Shown piece by piece: positions 23,116 to 34,382 of a DNA stretch of 34,429 nt. Source of the stretch: Octopus bimaculoides. Its lineage: Eukaryota. The notes below the pieces were generated by a model, which searched no databases, had not been told where the DNA came from, and saw only the letters and a program-made list of their open reading frames with translations. Location: contig NC_068990.1 of the NCBI RefSeq assembly GCF_001194135.2, forward strand, positions 78,111,114 to 78,145,542, written 5' to 3'. The position numbers were made by a program, and so were the translations under genes. The stretch's first letter is position 1; every line of letters starts with the position of its first letter.

Positions 23116-23379
23116 TGCAACAAGTTCATTATTAATATCGCCCTGGGTCAACTAAAGCATCATATATTGTCTACAGCTGGATGCCCTGGAGTACCACCTT
23201 GAAGAGTTTAATCTAACAAATCAAGCCCCAATACTTCATTTTGTTTTTTAAGCCTGGTACTATTCTATGGGGCTCTTTTGCTAAACCACAAAATTATGGG
23301 GATATAAACAAACCAGCACCAGCTATCAAGTGGTGGTGAAGGACAAACACAATACATCCACACACACATACACAGTCAC

Positions 23380-23650
23380 ATCATCATCATTTAACATCCG
23401 ACTTCCATGCTGGCATGGGTTGGACGATTTGACAGGAGTTGGCCAGGCAGAAGACTACACCAGACTTCTGTGTCTTTTTAGCATGGTTTTTATAACTGGA
23501 TGCCCTTCCTAACACCAACCACTCTGCAGAGTGGACCGAGTGCTTTTTATGTGGCACAAGCACAGGTGAGGTCAGTTTTAGCATATATTTTACAGCTGGA
23601 TGTTCTTCCAAATGCCAACCACTTTACAGTGTGGACTAGATGCTTTTTAC
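23380..23650 (-). mobile_element. RTE-like 3' tail
   Basis: (CAT)n TTTAACATCCGACTTCCATGCTGGCATGGGTTGGACG...CTGGATGCCCTTCCTAACACCAACC. Confidence 0.8.
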
Positions 23651-23714
23651 ACAGCTCTTTGCATTGTGATGAAAATGTTTGCTACAATCATTTATGCCAT
23701 CATGTATTTGCCCT

Positions 23715-23925
23715 TGTTTTTTCCTTAGAAAGGCCAGCAATTTCAGTGAAGGAGTTAAGTTGATTACATCAACCCCGGTATTCAACTGGTGCATATTTTA
23801 TTGACCCTGAAAGAATGAAAGGCAAGTCGACCTCAGCAGAGCTTGAACTCAGAACATAAAGACAGATGAAATGCTGCTAAGCATTTTGCTAGGTATGCTA
23901 TTGTTTCTACCAGCTGGCTGCATTT
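23715..23925 (-). mobile_element. SINE family C
   Basis: Reverse-complement match to the 15905 copy. Confidence 0.75.
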
Positions 23926-24562
23926 TACTAACTTCAGTGATATTCAGAGAAAAGATTTACACACATGAGAAATTGCTGGTCTTCAGTACAATAACAGCAT
24001 CCAGTAACTGCAAATACTGCACCTGTGGCTTCATTGCATTGTAATTACATTGCCAGGTCAATACATAACCAATAAACTCATCATTATGCTTTTTATCCAC
24101 TGTGTACATACAATGCTAAACATTATTTAAAGTAAATACCATCAAATTTCATAAACAATAGAAGGAATTTTAACGACAAAAAATTATTAATATTAAATTC
24201 ACTCAGTATTTGCATGAAAAAGAAAATAAATCAAATTTACTTTTAAAAATAGAATCACAAAATCATGCAGAAAAAAGACACAACACTATTTTGAATTCAA
24301 AAAAGAAAAATTATAAGTAATGCCTCTTAAATGAGCCCAGCATTTCCAGTATTTCACAATTTTGATATTCATCAACGGTGAATTGAATTCTCTCAGGAAT
24401 GTTTAAAAAAATTTTGTTTTTCAATGTAGAATTTCTGCATCAATGATTATTATTTTATTAGATGATTATTCCTTTTTTCAAAATATCTAAAAATTTCCAC
24501 AGTGTAGAATGAATTTTCTGCCTTTGGAGTTTTTAAAAAAATGTTTCCCCTTTAATGCACAG

Positions 24563-24895
24563 ACATGGCTGTGTGGTTAAGAGGCTCACTTTAAAACCAT
24601 GTGGTTTCCAGTTTGGTCCCACTGCTCGGCGCCTCAGGCAAGAGTCTTCTGCTATAGACATGGGTCAACCAATGCTTTGTGAGTGAGTTTGGTAAGCAGA
24701 AACTATGTGAAAGCTCACTGTATGTGTGTGCTTGTGTATGTGTGCATGTATTTGACTCCCTCCACTTGACAACTGATGGTTTGTTTACTTTCCCATAATT
24801 TTGTAGTTCAACAAAAGAGACTGAAAGAAGTACCAGATTGATTTGTTTGACTAAACCCTTCAAGATGGTGCCCCATGACTGAAACAAGTAAAAGA
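24563..24895 (+). mobile_element. SINE family A, diverged
   Basis: TGGCTGTGTGGTTAAG head, GGCAAGAGTCTTCTGCTATAG body, tail ending GACTGAAACAAGTAAAAGATAA. Confidence 0.75.
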
Positions 24896-25429
24896 TAAAT
24901 GATAAATGTGACTCAATCATTGAATCAAAATTTAATGTTTAGTAACACATTTACTTTCTGGATATAAAAAAAAACATGATGAATATACCAAAGATATAAT
25001 AATGAACTTAAGGTATACAGAGCTCAAGTGCACTATACCTTATCAGAAACGTTTGCCAAAAGAGCATGAACAGTACATAGAATAATGCACAGGAAGTGAA
25101 CAGTGAAGGAGTCATTTAAAAAGAAAAAAAAAGGTAAGGGGACATCCAGTGTACTGCTGGAAAATGTCAGAAAGCATGAAAGTTTTGAAGGATGTAGTGT
25201 CCTGAAACTAACAACTAACACTGATAGTTTATTCCATACTTCAGTATTTCTGAGTGTTTGGTTCATGACATAATTACCTTGTGATGAAATTACAGACAAT
25301 GAATTTACCATGTTGTAATTAATTTACATGATAAATTTATCAAGAGAGAAATTTATGCTAAAGCTTTCCAGAGGAAGATTCATGGCTTTAGCAACACATA
25401 CAGAAACTCCAGTTGGTATAAGTATAAAC

Positions 25430-25555
25430 CAATGGTTCTCAACCAGGGCCCACCTGGCCCCTGGGGGTCCACATAAGATTTTTCTGTTAGAATTTATCTG
25501 CAATAAATTAATCATATTTTTACAATAAACAAAATATTTAAACAATTTTTATTGT
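25430..25555 (+). mobile_element. hAT-like non-autonomous element end
   Basis: CAATGGTTCTCAACCAGGG resembles the CAGTGGTTCTCAAC terminus of hAT/Charlie-type elements. The partner end is not found. Confidence 0.45.
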
Positions 25556-25556
25556 A

Positions 25557-25825
25557 AGATGTGGCTGTGTGGTAAGAAGCTTGCTTCCCAACCACATGGT
25601 TCTGGATTCAGCCCCACTGTGTGACACCTTAGGCAAGTGTCTTCTACTATAGCCTTGGGCTAACCAAAGCCTTGTGAGTAGATTTGGTAGATGGAAACTG
25701 AAAGAAGCCTGTCATGTATATATGTGTGTGTGTATTTGTTTGTTTGTGTCTGTGCTTGTCCTCCCCACCATCACTTGACAGCTGATGTTGGTGTGTTTAC
25801 ATCCCTGTAACTTAGTGGTTCAGCG
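25557..25825 (+). mobile_element. SINE family A, 3'-truncated at the mariner junction
   Basis: TGGCTGTGTGGTAAG A box and GGATTCAGCCCC B-box-like motif, then the canonical body. Confidence 0.85.
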
Positions 25826-26659
25826 GGTCTTTTTTCTTCAAAGCTTGGTTCAAACGCTCTAATTGCTGACAGTAGACTTGAGCATTGATTGTTGCATTAG
25901 GTAGTAACAATTCAAAGTGAATTACTCCTTTGCAATCCCACCAGATAGAGAGAAGAACCTTTTTCCCATGAAGTTCTCTTCTCAGTTGTGGTTGAGCTTT
26001 TTCCCTTTTACCAAGCCACTGTTTACGACGTTTAACATTTCGACAGAAGATCCATTTTTCATCACCAGTCACAAGTTTATCCAAAAAGGGTGAAATGAGT
26101 TCCCAAGAATGGAGAGAAGAGCAGATGTCAACTCGGGATTTGCCGTTGCTTTCGGACAATTCATGAGGTACCCATTTTCCAAGTTTAGGAACCTTTCCAA
26201 GTTGTTGAAGATGATGATGAACAGTTGTATGGTTTGAACTAAGTTTCATTGCCAATTCTTCAACTGATAATGCAGAATTTTCTTCAAGTAATGCCTCAAG
26301 GAGCTTGTCATCAAACTTAACTGGATGTCCTTTTCGATCTTCATCTTCAAGGCTGAAATCTCCACTTCTGAATTTTGCAAACCATCTTCTGCAAGTTCTT
26401 TCATTCGAGCATTCTTTCCCATAAACTGAGTGTATGTTTCGAGTCGCTTTGGCTGCAGGGTTTCCTTTTTTGTACTCATAAAGCCGCACAGTAGGTCATT
26501 TCCAAATTTCTGGCAGAGTGAATTTGTGTCGTGGTGCTGTTTTTCTCACAGATGGTACCCAACTGATCCTACTATACTGTGTAGTCAACAAAATCAGAAG
26601 CAATGTGCATGCATGAAAGTAAAAATATAAAATGGTGAAAATTTACCCATCGCACTCTG
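25826..26659 (-). mobile_element. Mariner-like transposon, 5' two-thirds (HTH + first catalytic Asp), truncated
   Basis: ORF with LYEYKKG..AA.ATRNI, RRWFAKFRSGDFSLEDEDRKGHP, GKWVPHEL, LVTGDEKW and KVLLSIWWDCKGVIHFELL. It ends before the HDNA and SPDL motifs. Terminus-like TA|CAGAGTGCGATGGGTAAAT at 26661-26641. Confidence 0.92.
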
Positions 26660-26984
26660 TATATATAAAGTATGTATATCTGTATTATATAGGGACGATA
26701 AGCATTTTTATTTTCAAACTACTGTACTAATTTACTTAATTACTATAAACAAATAATTTTACTAATTACTAACTTTTCCCAGTGATTGTTACAGTGCTTA
26801 GAGAGTATATAATATTTCTAGGCTTTCTGTCAGGAGCTAAACAGAACAAATTTCAAAAGAAAGTCATTTAGTGCATGACCTTCTCCTTGTGGCCTAAAAC
26901 TTGGAACACATATACATTCATTTAAATATTAGGAAATTGGCAATGGTTGATTTATTCTCTCATTGAAGGTATAGGCAATTTGGA

Positions 26985-27120
26985 GCAGTGGATTGACAGA
27001 ATCGTTGTGCATTGGCTAAAAAGAAAACACATTATTGTATTTGAATTGACTTTTGATGTTCTGAGTTCACATCACAACAGGGTCAACTTTACCATTTATC
27101 TTTCCAGGGTTGATAAAAGT
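26985..27120 (+). mobile_element. Degenerate SINE family C fragment
   Basis: GACAGAATCGTTG...GTTCTGAGTTCACATC...GGTCAACTTTACCATTTATCTTTCCAGGGTTGATAAAA. Confidence 0.55.
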
Positions 27121-28660
27121 GTTGGTCAATTCACTGACTGCTGATCTGTGCCAACATGGTCTAGCATGATACAGCAGACCCCCAAATCCCTATCCAACTA
27201 TGGGACTTCAATGGCAGGAACATCATGTTGCAGCGCCCCTCTGTCACATCAATATTATCTGACACTCCCTCTTTCTCTAAAAAACAGATTCTTGTTACCC
27301 CTTTTAATAAAGGGGTTATAAGAATAAAAAAGATGGTGGTGACAAGTAATTTGAAATTAATTCTTAAAAGACATCAGTTTTACTTTGTGTATTTGTGTGT
27401 GTGGGTGTGTGTTTAAACATTTCTTGTCATTATAGTTGCCAAGGTGAAACTCTACTTTCGTCATTTATTCAATTACTGTTCAGACAAAAATAAACATCTG
27501 CTACCATTATCAACCAATTTCAATGATGCTTACACCAAACATAAGTTCCATCTATATGGTCTTACTCAGTCTAGCTAGAAATATCAGTCAAAACCTCCCT
27601 CAAATCATGCTCTAATGCAATGATTTTCTAACTGTTTGACTTAGTAGTTCACTTGAAGTTTAACAAAAAATAGCTGACACACTTCCCATGGAAAGTTTTA
27701 TAAAATTATATTTCGTATGTATATTTCGTGTGCAAGATTCTTGATGTGGATACGTGTGTTGAAAGAAATACAATTAAACCTTGGGAGAGGCATTATGCCG
27801 GTAATAAATACACGCACTGGTTCAGTCCTTTATTAATTTATAAACAGTATATAGTTTTTTTGTTAAATCATTTCATTGCACTCTTGCAATCTCTTCAGTA
27901 ACTTGTCTCTCCACTTCCATTTATTTTGAATGTATGATTTGGCGTTGTTTTGAAACTGTTCGGTATGAGCATGTGAGTGTGTGCAAGCTCGTATGCGTGC
28001 ACGCTCATATGTGTTCGTGCTTATATGTAAGTATGTGCGTCCATATGTGTGTTTGTAACAATTTCGTTTATACCAGATAAGACAGAGACTTTGGACTTGG
28101 TTTTGGTTTCCTTCCTGTTATTTTTTTGTTTTCTTCATAAATGCATCTTTTTTATTTACGTTCACGTTCTGTATTTTATAAAATTGTTCTGAAGAGAAAA
28201 ATTTTGAAAAAATATATATTAGATTCGAGAAACAGTCCTGTCACATTCCATGATGGGAAAAAAACAAATGCTTCTTCAGTTTTAATTGATATGTTTAATC
28301 AAGATAATATCTTACCCTCATTACTGATAACACGTTCTCATCTATTTGGCAAACTTATGGTCCATTGGGCGTAAAATTCTTTGTGCTCAGAAGCAAAGAA
28401 ACACTCAATATATATATTTTTTTTTTTTTTTCACAATTATGAATGAGTGAATTTATTGTATACAGTGCTCAGGTGCACTACAAGCACTCGGGTGCACCAC
28501 AATTTATAAACAGTTTTCTATTTAATGTTGCAATGATATAAATAGGTAACAGATGGAGCAAGGTCAGGTAAGTAAGGAAGCTGAAGTAAAATTTCAATAT
28601 TTGGTTGCATAATCCTTATTTGAATGACCTAGTTAGAATGTGGTCTTACATTATTGTATG

Positions 28661-29065
28661 TGGAGGCACATGGCTTAGTGGTTAGGGTGCCGGACTCATT
28701 ATCATAAGATGGTGGTTTTGATTCCTGGACCAGGAAATGCGTTGTGTTCTTGAGCAAAACACTTCACATCACGTTGCTCCAGTCCACTCAGCTGTAGAAA
28801 TGAGTACCAAAAGTGGAGGTGTGTCACTTAGTGGTTAGAGTGTTGGATCCTTGACCATAAGATTGTGGTTTCAATCCCTCGACCGGGTGATGTGTTGTAT
28901 TCTTAAACAAAACACTTCATTTCACATTGCTCCAGTCCACTCAGCTGGCAAAAATGAGTAATCCGGCAACAGACTGGCATTTTGTCCAGGTCGGGAATTT
29001 ATACACCATGGAAACCAGGAAACCAGCTCTTATGAGTCAGCGTGACTCAAGAAGATAACTTAATT
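28661..29065 (+). mobile_element. Two adjacent SINE family D copies (28661-28803, 28812-29065)
   Basis: Each has a TGG/CAC-TTAGTGGTTAG head and a TTGATTCC/TTCAATCC B box, followed by the shared body. Confidence 0.8.
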
Positions 29066-29248
29066 ATAGTATAAGAGCAACACCACTTTACAATTGACCA
29101 ATAATGGGCACACTTTCTGCCAATTTTTTGTGCAATGCTTCCAGTTAACCATAATACTTCTCAGCATTGGTTGTTTCATTTTGGGTTAACACTTCATGAT
29201 AGATGACACACTTTATGTGCCATCACACAGAACATAAAACTTTTTTAA

Positions 29249-29532
29249 TACAGTTCTATATTTAAGATATGAGGAATTATGTACATTATTTACATTTGAC
29301 AGATATTTGTCCTCATCTTGTTTGTTGTTAACACGTTTCAGCTGATATACCCTCCAGCCTTCATCAGGTGTCTTGGGGAAATTTCGAATCTGAGTTCTCA
29401 TTCCTAAGGTATTTTTCGATGTTGTTGTTGTTATTATTATTATTATTATTATTATTCAGGTCACTGCCTGGAATCGAACTCGGAATCTTGGGGTTAGTAG
29501 CCCACGCTCTTAACCACTACGCCATATGCCCG
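29249..29532 (-). mobile_element. tRNA-headed SINE carrying a hammerhead-like motif
   Basis: A box TGGCGTAGTGG (29524-29514), B box GAGTTCGATTCC (29481-29470), (AAT/AAC)n spacer, then the hammerhead core at 29372-29330. CpGs retained. Confidence 0.8.
29330..29372 (-). ncRNA. Minimal type I hammerhead ribozyme motif (this copy probably inactive)
   Basis: GACAC-CTGATGA-A-GGCTGG[AGGGTATA]TCAGCT-GAA-AC-GTGTT: intact CUGAUGA and GAAA cores, 6-bp stem II, 5-bp stem I GACAC/GTGTT. No room for a GUH triplet if stem I forms. Confidence 0.6.
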
Positions 29533-29619
29533 TAAATAACTTTTTTTATGTATGTAGTTCTGGTTTAGGGATGGATTCTCCTTTATCATTTGGTGCTAAC
29601 CATTGTTGTTTTATTTGAG

Positions 29620-29870
29620 TGGAGGTGCATGGCTTAGTGGTTAGAGTGTTGGACTCATGTTCATAAGAATGTGGTTCCAATTTCTGGACTGGGCAATGCA
29701 TTGTGTTCTTGAGCAAAGCGCTTCATTTCACATTGCTTCAGTCCACTCAGCTGACAAAAATGTGTTACTCTGTGACTGACTGGCATCATCCTGTCCAGGT
29801 GGGGAATTTATATGCCATGGAAGCCAGAGACCAGCCCTTATGACTCAAGAAGGTAACTTTACCTTTACTA
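29620..29870 (+). mobile_element. SINE family D
   Basis: TGGAGGTGCATGGCTTAGTGGTTAG head and the shared body. Confidence 0.8.
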
Positions 29871-30679
29871 TTGTTGTTTTATTTGGATATGATCATAGAG
29901 CACCCACTTTTCATCATTTGTGGTGATACTATCCAGAAAAAATTTGCTAGCTAGTTTATTCTTTGATTAAGCTGAGATACAGTCAGATGATGAAAGATCC
30001 ACTGACCAAATTTAGACACATTTTCCTGTTCGTGAAGGTATTTTATGACCAATAATAGTCATTCCTTAATATCAACATTCCTAGTTAGGAACAAAAGGCA
30101 ACTGTCACTGCAAAAATGGTTGCTGCTATTACTATGATGGTAACCCAGTAACCATCAGAATGAAACTAATTGTGAATTTTGTAGAAGAAAAAAGATATGA
30201 ACTTCTAGAACTAATATCATGAAAAATGAACTTAATTCATTTCAATTTATTTTATTTTCTCTTACAGTGTAACTAAATCGCCGCAGTATTTTCCTACCTT
30301 TTTTTTTTCCATGATAAAGTTCTCAAGCACTTTTGGGGGTTTTCTTAACATACACACGGCCTTTTCTGTTCATCAACATGTCCATACACTCAGCCCTTAA
30401 CTCCACCATCACCAATATGACCATCACTTTCAACTACTTTGATGTCATCATTCTTGTACCATCACCTCCACAACCATCTCCTTCAGCTGACCACTGACAT
30501 CATACCATTACATACATCCCCATCGCCACCTTCGCTATCCTCAACATTATCCACATTACCATCATAACCACCACCCTTTTCCATGTGCCAGCATATATCA
30601 ACATCAATCTCAATTCAACCACCGTCACTTTCACTAGCTTCAATACTCCCCACCATTACTACATACTTTTCTGTCACTT

Positions 30680-30756
30680 GGTAGTTGGCTGAGTTGCTGT
30701 GGTAGCTGGCTGGTTGCTGTGGTAGCTGGTTGGTTGCTGTGGTAGCTGGTTGAGTT
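30680..30756. repeat. 20-21-bp minisatellite, ~3.8 copies
   Basis: GGTAG(C/T)TGG(C/T)TG(A)GTTGCTGT units at 30680, 30701, 30721 and 30741. Confidence 0.9.
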
Positions 30757-32742
30757 AATGAACGAAAATATGTTTCTTGGCTTGCGTGTAGAAATAACTG
30801 AACACCCACGAACATTTAACAGAAGATTTTATTATCACACAAAAACAAACTGTGTTGGCCTTTTACAGATAACAACAGCAATAATTAGATACTGGGAGAG
30901 AGTTACTACTTGGAATTTATGACAAGCTACTGATATGGCAACAAGCAACAGAACTCGAAACAACCGTGCTATATTCATGGCAACGGGGGGGGGGGGGTTC
31001 CTGTCATCTATCTGAGCCATCTGGTGTGGTAAGAATGGAGACACGTGCCACTCAGCTGCCTCAGCATTCTGCAATTTAATTACCACAAAAAGTAGCCCTT
31101 TATAGGGCACAAGAAGAAAATTTGAGAAGATTGAATCAAACATTGGCTTAATGCTGACTGTTATGTTCAAATCACATGGAACTCTGTGGCTTGGTTGTGA
31201 TGTCTGACAAGGTATCCTGGGATTTGGTTTGAACTCTCACCATTCTATTATATATCAATCCACTGCCCTTGGTGAGCCCTCAAACAAAAGGGAATATGTA
31301 TATTGTTGGATTCATTTTTATGGATAAATCCATATTAACATTCAAGCCTTCACATTATGTCTTCTTTACACTTAGAAGCCTAACCATGCTTCTATGAAAT
31401 CTTAACTCCTGTAATATGTGTATGTGTGTGTGCACATAATATTTTAATAACATTTTGGATGCACTCATCTCATTTCCTAATATCTGAGGAGATGAGCGCA
31501 TCCTATGTGCCTACACAATTTTAAGTCCTAGGGAGCCATTTTAAAAAATAAATGTAACTCCTACCAAAGGTGGTGAGAGACACTTTTTTCATTTGCTACT
31601 TTCATTCACTCACTTGTGTGCGTGTGCTTATATATATATTTACTCCTTATATATACATTATATACTGAAGTTATGAATTTATGTGTGGCAATTCAGAGCT
31701 ACATGGATTCCAATGAGGTGTGTTCATTTTCCATAAGGTAATACTTGGTGAGGAGAGTTGAGGCAATAGCCAGAACTCAAAATCATGATCCAAGTATATC
31801 CAATTCTTCATTCTACAGCTTTGATCTGTAATTATTTTTGATAATCCCTACTCACTTGCCCAATGTCTGTTGATCCGTTGCATATTTCAGTGTAATTCAG
31901 AGGTTTACTTGAGGATTTAGCTCCTCTTTCTAGCAGATAGGTGCCTCATGTGCTCTCTATTGTAATTATGGTTAATTATAGTTATAAATTTTATTCTCCC
32001 TTTCTTTCTTTCTCTTTCTCTCTCTCCCTATATATATATATATATAACTAATTTAGAGACGAACCACCACACTACAACTCAGTCAACTCAGAACCCATCC
32101 CAATCCATGCTGTGAGGCATATACCATCTTAATAAATCTAATATTTTAATCTAAACATTTAAATTAAATAACATATTACATATATAAATCATATAAATAA
32201 ATCATAAGTCAAATTTATAAATTGGACAGTAAAAATTGATACGATAATATACAGTATGGAAGTACAAATGTAAAAAGTTAGTGCTAGTACATAGACTACG
32301 CGTGTTTCATGGCTGAAATAGGACTATATAAACTCATAAGCAAATTCTATCCGAGTTCATTAGAACAGGGAAATGATTTTACTCCCAAAATCAGTCACTC
32401 TTGAGGTCAAATCCCTAAGGAAATACCTAAAATCATCCAAGGAATAAACATAAACATGAGAAATAAAAATAAAAATATATATAAAGAGACAAATTCTGTA
32501 AACTAATCCCTACTTTAACGGTATTAATAAGAGTTACAATCTAAAAATATTATAGTAAACAAGGTTAAAACATTATGGAATAAGTAGATAATAGTAAAAA
32601 AAATGTTAGTGTACAAAGTTACTAAAAGACGGATGTCAATATTGTTTATAAAATTAAAATAATAAAACATGACTTATCTGCCGGCTGGTAACTGTATAAT
32701 AAAACAAAATGGCTGTGCTATAGAATTTATACTAAAAAGTCA

Positions 32743-33212
32743 CGTGATAAATATGGCGTCTATTACCCAGAAGTACATGCGTATTATAATTACTAAAATA
32801 ATAACGAAAATATCGAAAAAGAAAATCTACCTAAAATAAAAAGTTTAATGAAGATTATTAATAATACTAAAATACTTAAAACTCTCAGATTAACGTAGAA
32901 TAATAACTATACCAAATACGAAAGTTATATATTACTTAAATAATGTTATGAAACATTGTAAAAGACTGCTCANNNNNNNNNNCGTGATAAATATGGCGTC
33001 TATTACCCAGAAGTACATGCGTATTATAATTACTAAAATAATAACGAAAATATCGAAAAAGAAAATCTACCTAAAATAAAAAGTTTAATGAAGATTATTA
33101 ATAATACTAAAATACTTAAAACTCTCAGATTAACGTAGAATAATAACTATACCAAATACGAAAGTTATATATTACTTAAATAATGTTATGAAACATTGTA
33201 AAAGACTGCTCA
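32743..33212. repeat. Exact 230-bp direct duplication around a 10-N gap (probable scaffolding artefact)
   Basis: 32743-32972 is identical to 32983-33212, separated only by Ns. Confidence 0.85.
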
Positions 33213-33261
33213 TATTATCGTTGAATACTTAAAGTAAATGTAGTTATATGTTCAAATTAAA

Positions 33262-33317
<56 letters not shown>

Positions 33318-33410
33318 CCGTCCGTCCGTTGGTTGCGAACGGAAGAAGTATCTATTGCTTAATACAAACGCAGATTGCAATGATTCATTGAGACCCATCC
33401 AGTAATCTGT

Positions 33411-33454
33411 TACTCTGGAGTTTCCCAAACCTGTAGTCGATTCTTCAGTCAAGA
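33411..33454 (-). ncRNA. Degenerate hammerhead-like core
   Basis: CTGAAGA-ATCGACTACAGGTTTGG-GAA-ACTC[CA]GAGT-A. All core nucleotides and a GUA triplet are present; stems I and II pair poorly. Confidence 0.35.
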
Positions 33455-33899
33455 ATAAACGCTGGACGATACATCACTCTGATAGCAATGGAAGAGGAAC
33501 TAAAACACACAGGAACTCTTAAATATATGCCAGTGCCTTAAATTATATTCGGCATTTGGTTGGGGTCCGGTGAGAAGTTGGGGAACAAGACTATAATTGC
33601 TTGCAGACACCTACAAACATGTTCATACGTACACGAACACTCATTAATAAAGAGGATGAAGCAAAAAAAGTTAATGATAATTTGGGGGGGAGACCCTAAT
33701 ATTTGTCAATAATCAGTGGTCTAATCCTTTTTGTTAGATTAAAAACATAGGATTGGCCTTGTGTTTAGACAAACAAAAACGCAGTAAATAATTCGATATT
33801 TGTGAGGATTGGTGGGTCAATGTGTATGTTACGGTCATTATCAACTTCTATACATCTCGTAGCCTTTGTCGTTTATGAGCATTTGGTACACTTTCAAGT

Positions 33900-34060
33900 C
33901 TGTTCCGCCCCTTCAAAATCTATAACTATGAATGACGTGGTACAGAAAACATATAAAACAAAAAAATCACTTCGATCACTCAAACTTCGAACCGAACACT
34001 TCAATTGCCGGAAAACAGAAAAGACAGAAAAAAAATTATTCAGTCGCCATCTGCTCAAAC
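33900..34060. promoter_or_regulatory. Candidate core promoter (CpG-retaining motif cluster)
   Basis: CCGCCC 33905-33910, TGACGTGG 33933-33940, CCGGAA 34008-34013, and TCAGTC 34040-34045 overlapping CGCCATCT 34045-34052. Confidence 0.4.
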
Positions 34061-34382
34061 CAAGTTCAAACAAAATTTCTCTATAAAGCTATACTTTGAA
34101 ATCGTTAGTAATTTGAAGCTATGCTTCGTATCATCAAAGGGTCTATTTGTTTCTTTAGCAAATAACTATTTAGTGTTCTATATAATCATTCTAACGAATC
34201 GTTTTGGCTAGTGGATGGGTGGTTTAAAATTATGTCTGCACAGAAATCTTTCCGTCTTTACAATGTGCATTGTACATAATTTACAGCGTTAGATTATTGA
34301 TATATGCACACGTAACTCTGAACCACCCTTCCTCCCTCCCACTCTTCTCTAATACATATATAAATATATTCATGCTTGTGTG

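Noticed and set aside
24325-24555. Kolobok/piggyBac-like end (TTAA|AGGGG on the minus strand)
   Set aside because: Only one short terminus, no convincing partner TIR or transposase sequence.
25047-25132. Possible plus-strand exon ending AAG|GTAAGG
   Set aside because: Stop codons in all three frames and a weak acceptor.
27870-27962. Minus-strand peptide EQFQNNAKSYIQNKWKWRDKLLKRLQECNEMI* followed by AATAAA
   Set aside because: It looks protein-like, but upstream runs into simple-repeat-like sequence with no acceptor or start. More likely part of an unclassified repeat.
29456-29532. Genuine tRNA gene
   Set aside because: A and B boxes are present, but the anticodon and acceptor stems pair poorly and the unit continues into a SINE body. 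The same holds for the other SINE heads.
32285-32372. Third hammerhead candidate (minus strand CTAATGA/CTTATGA ... GAAACACGCGTA)
   Set aside because: The essential G5 of CUGANGA is missing in both candidates and no stem II closes on GAAA. At most a heavily decayed Penelope-like remnant.
32743-33212. 230-bp tandem duplication as a biological repeat or CRISPR-like structure
   Set aside because: Two identical copies are separated only by 10 Ns, so a scaffolding artefact is most likely. No repeat-spacer array exists anywhere in the window.
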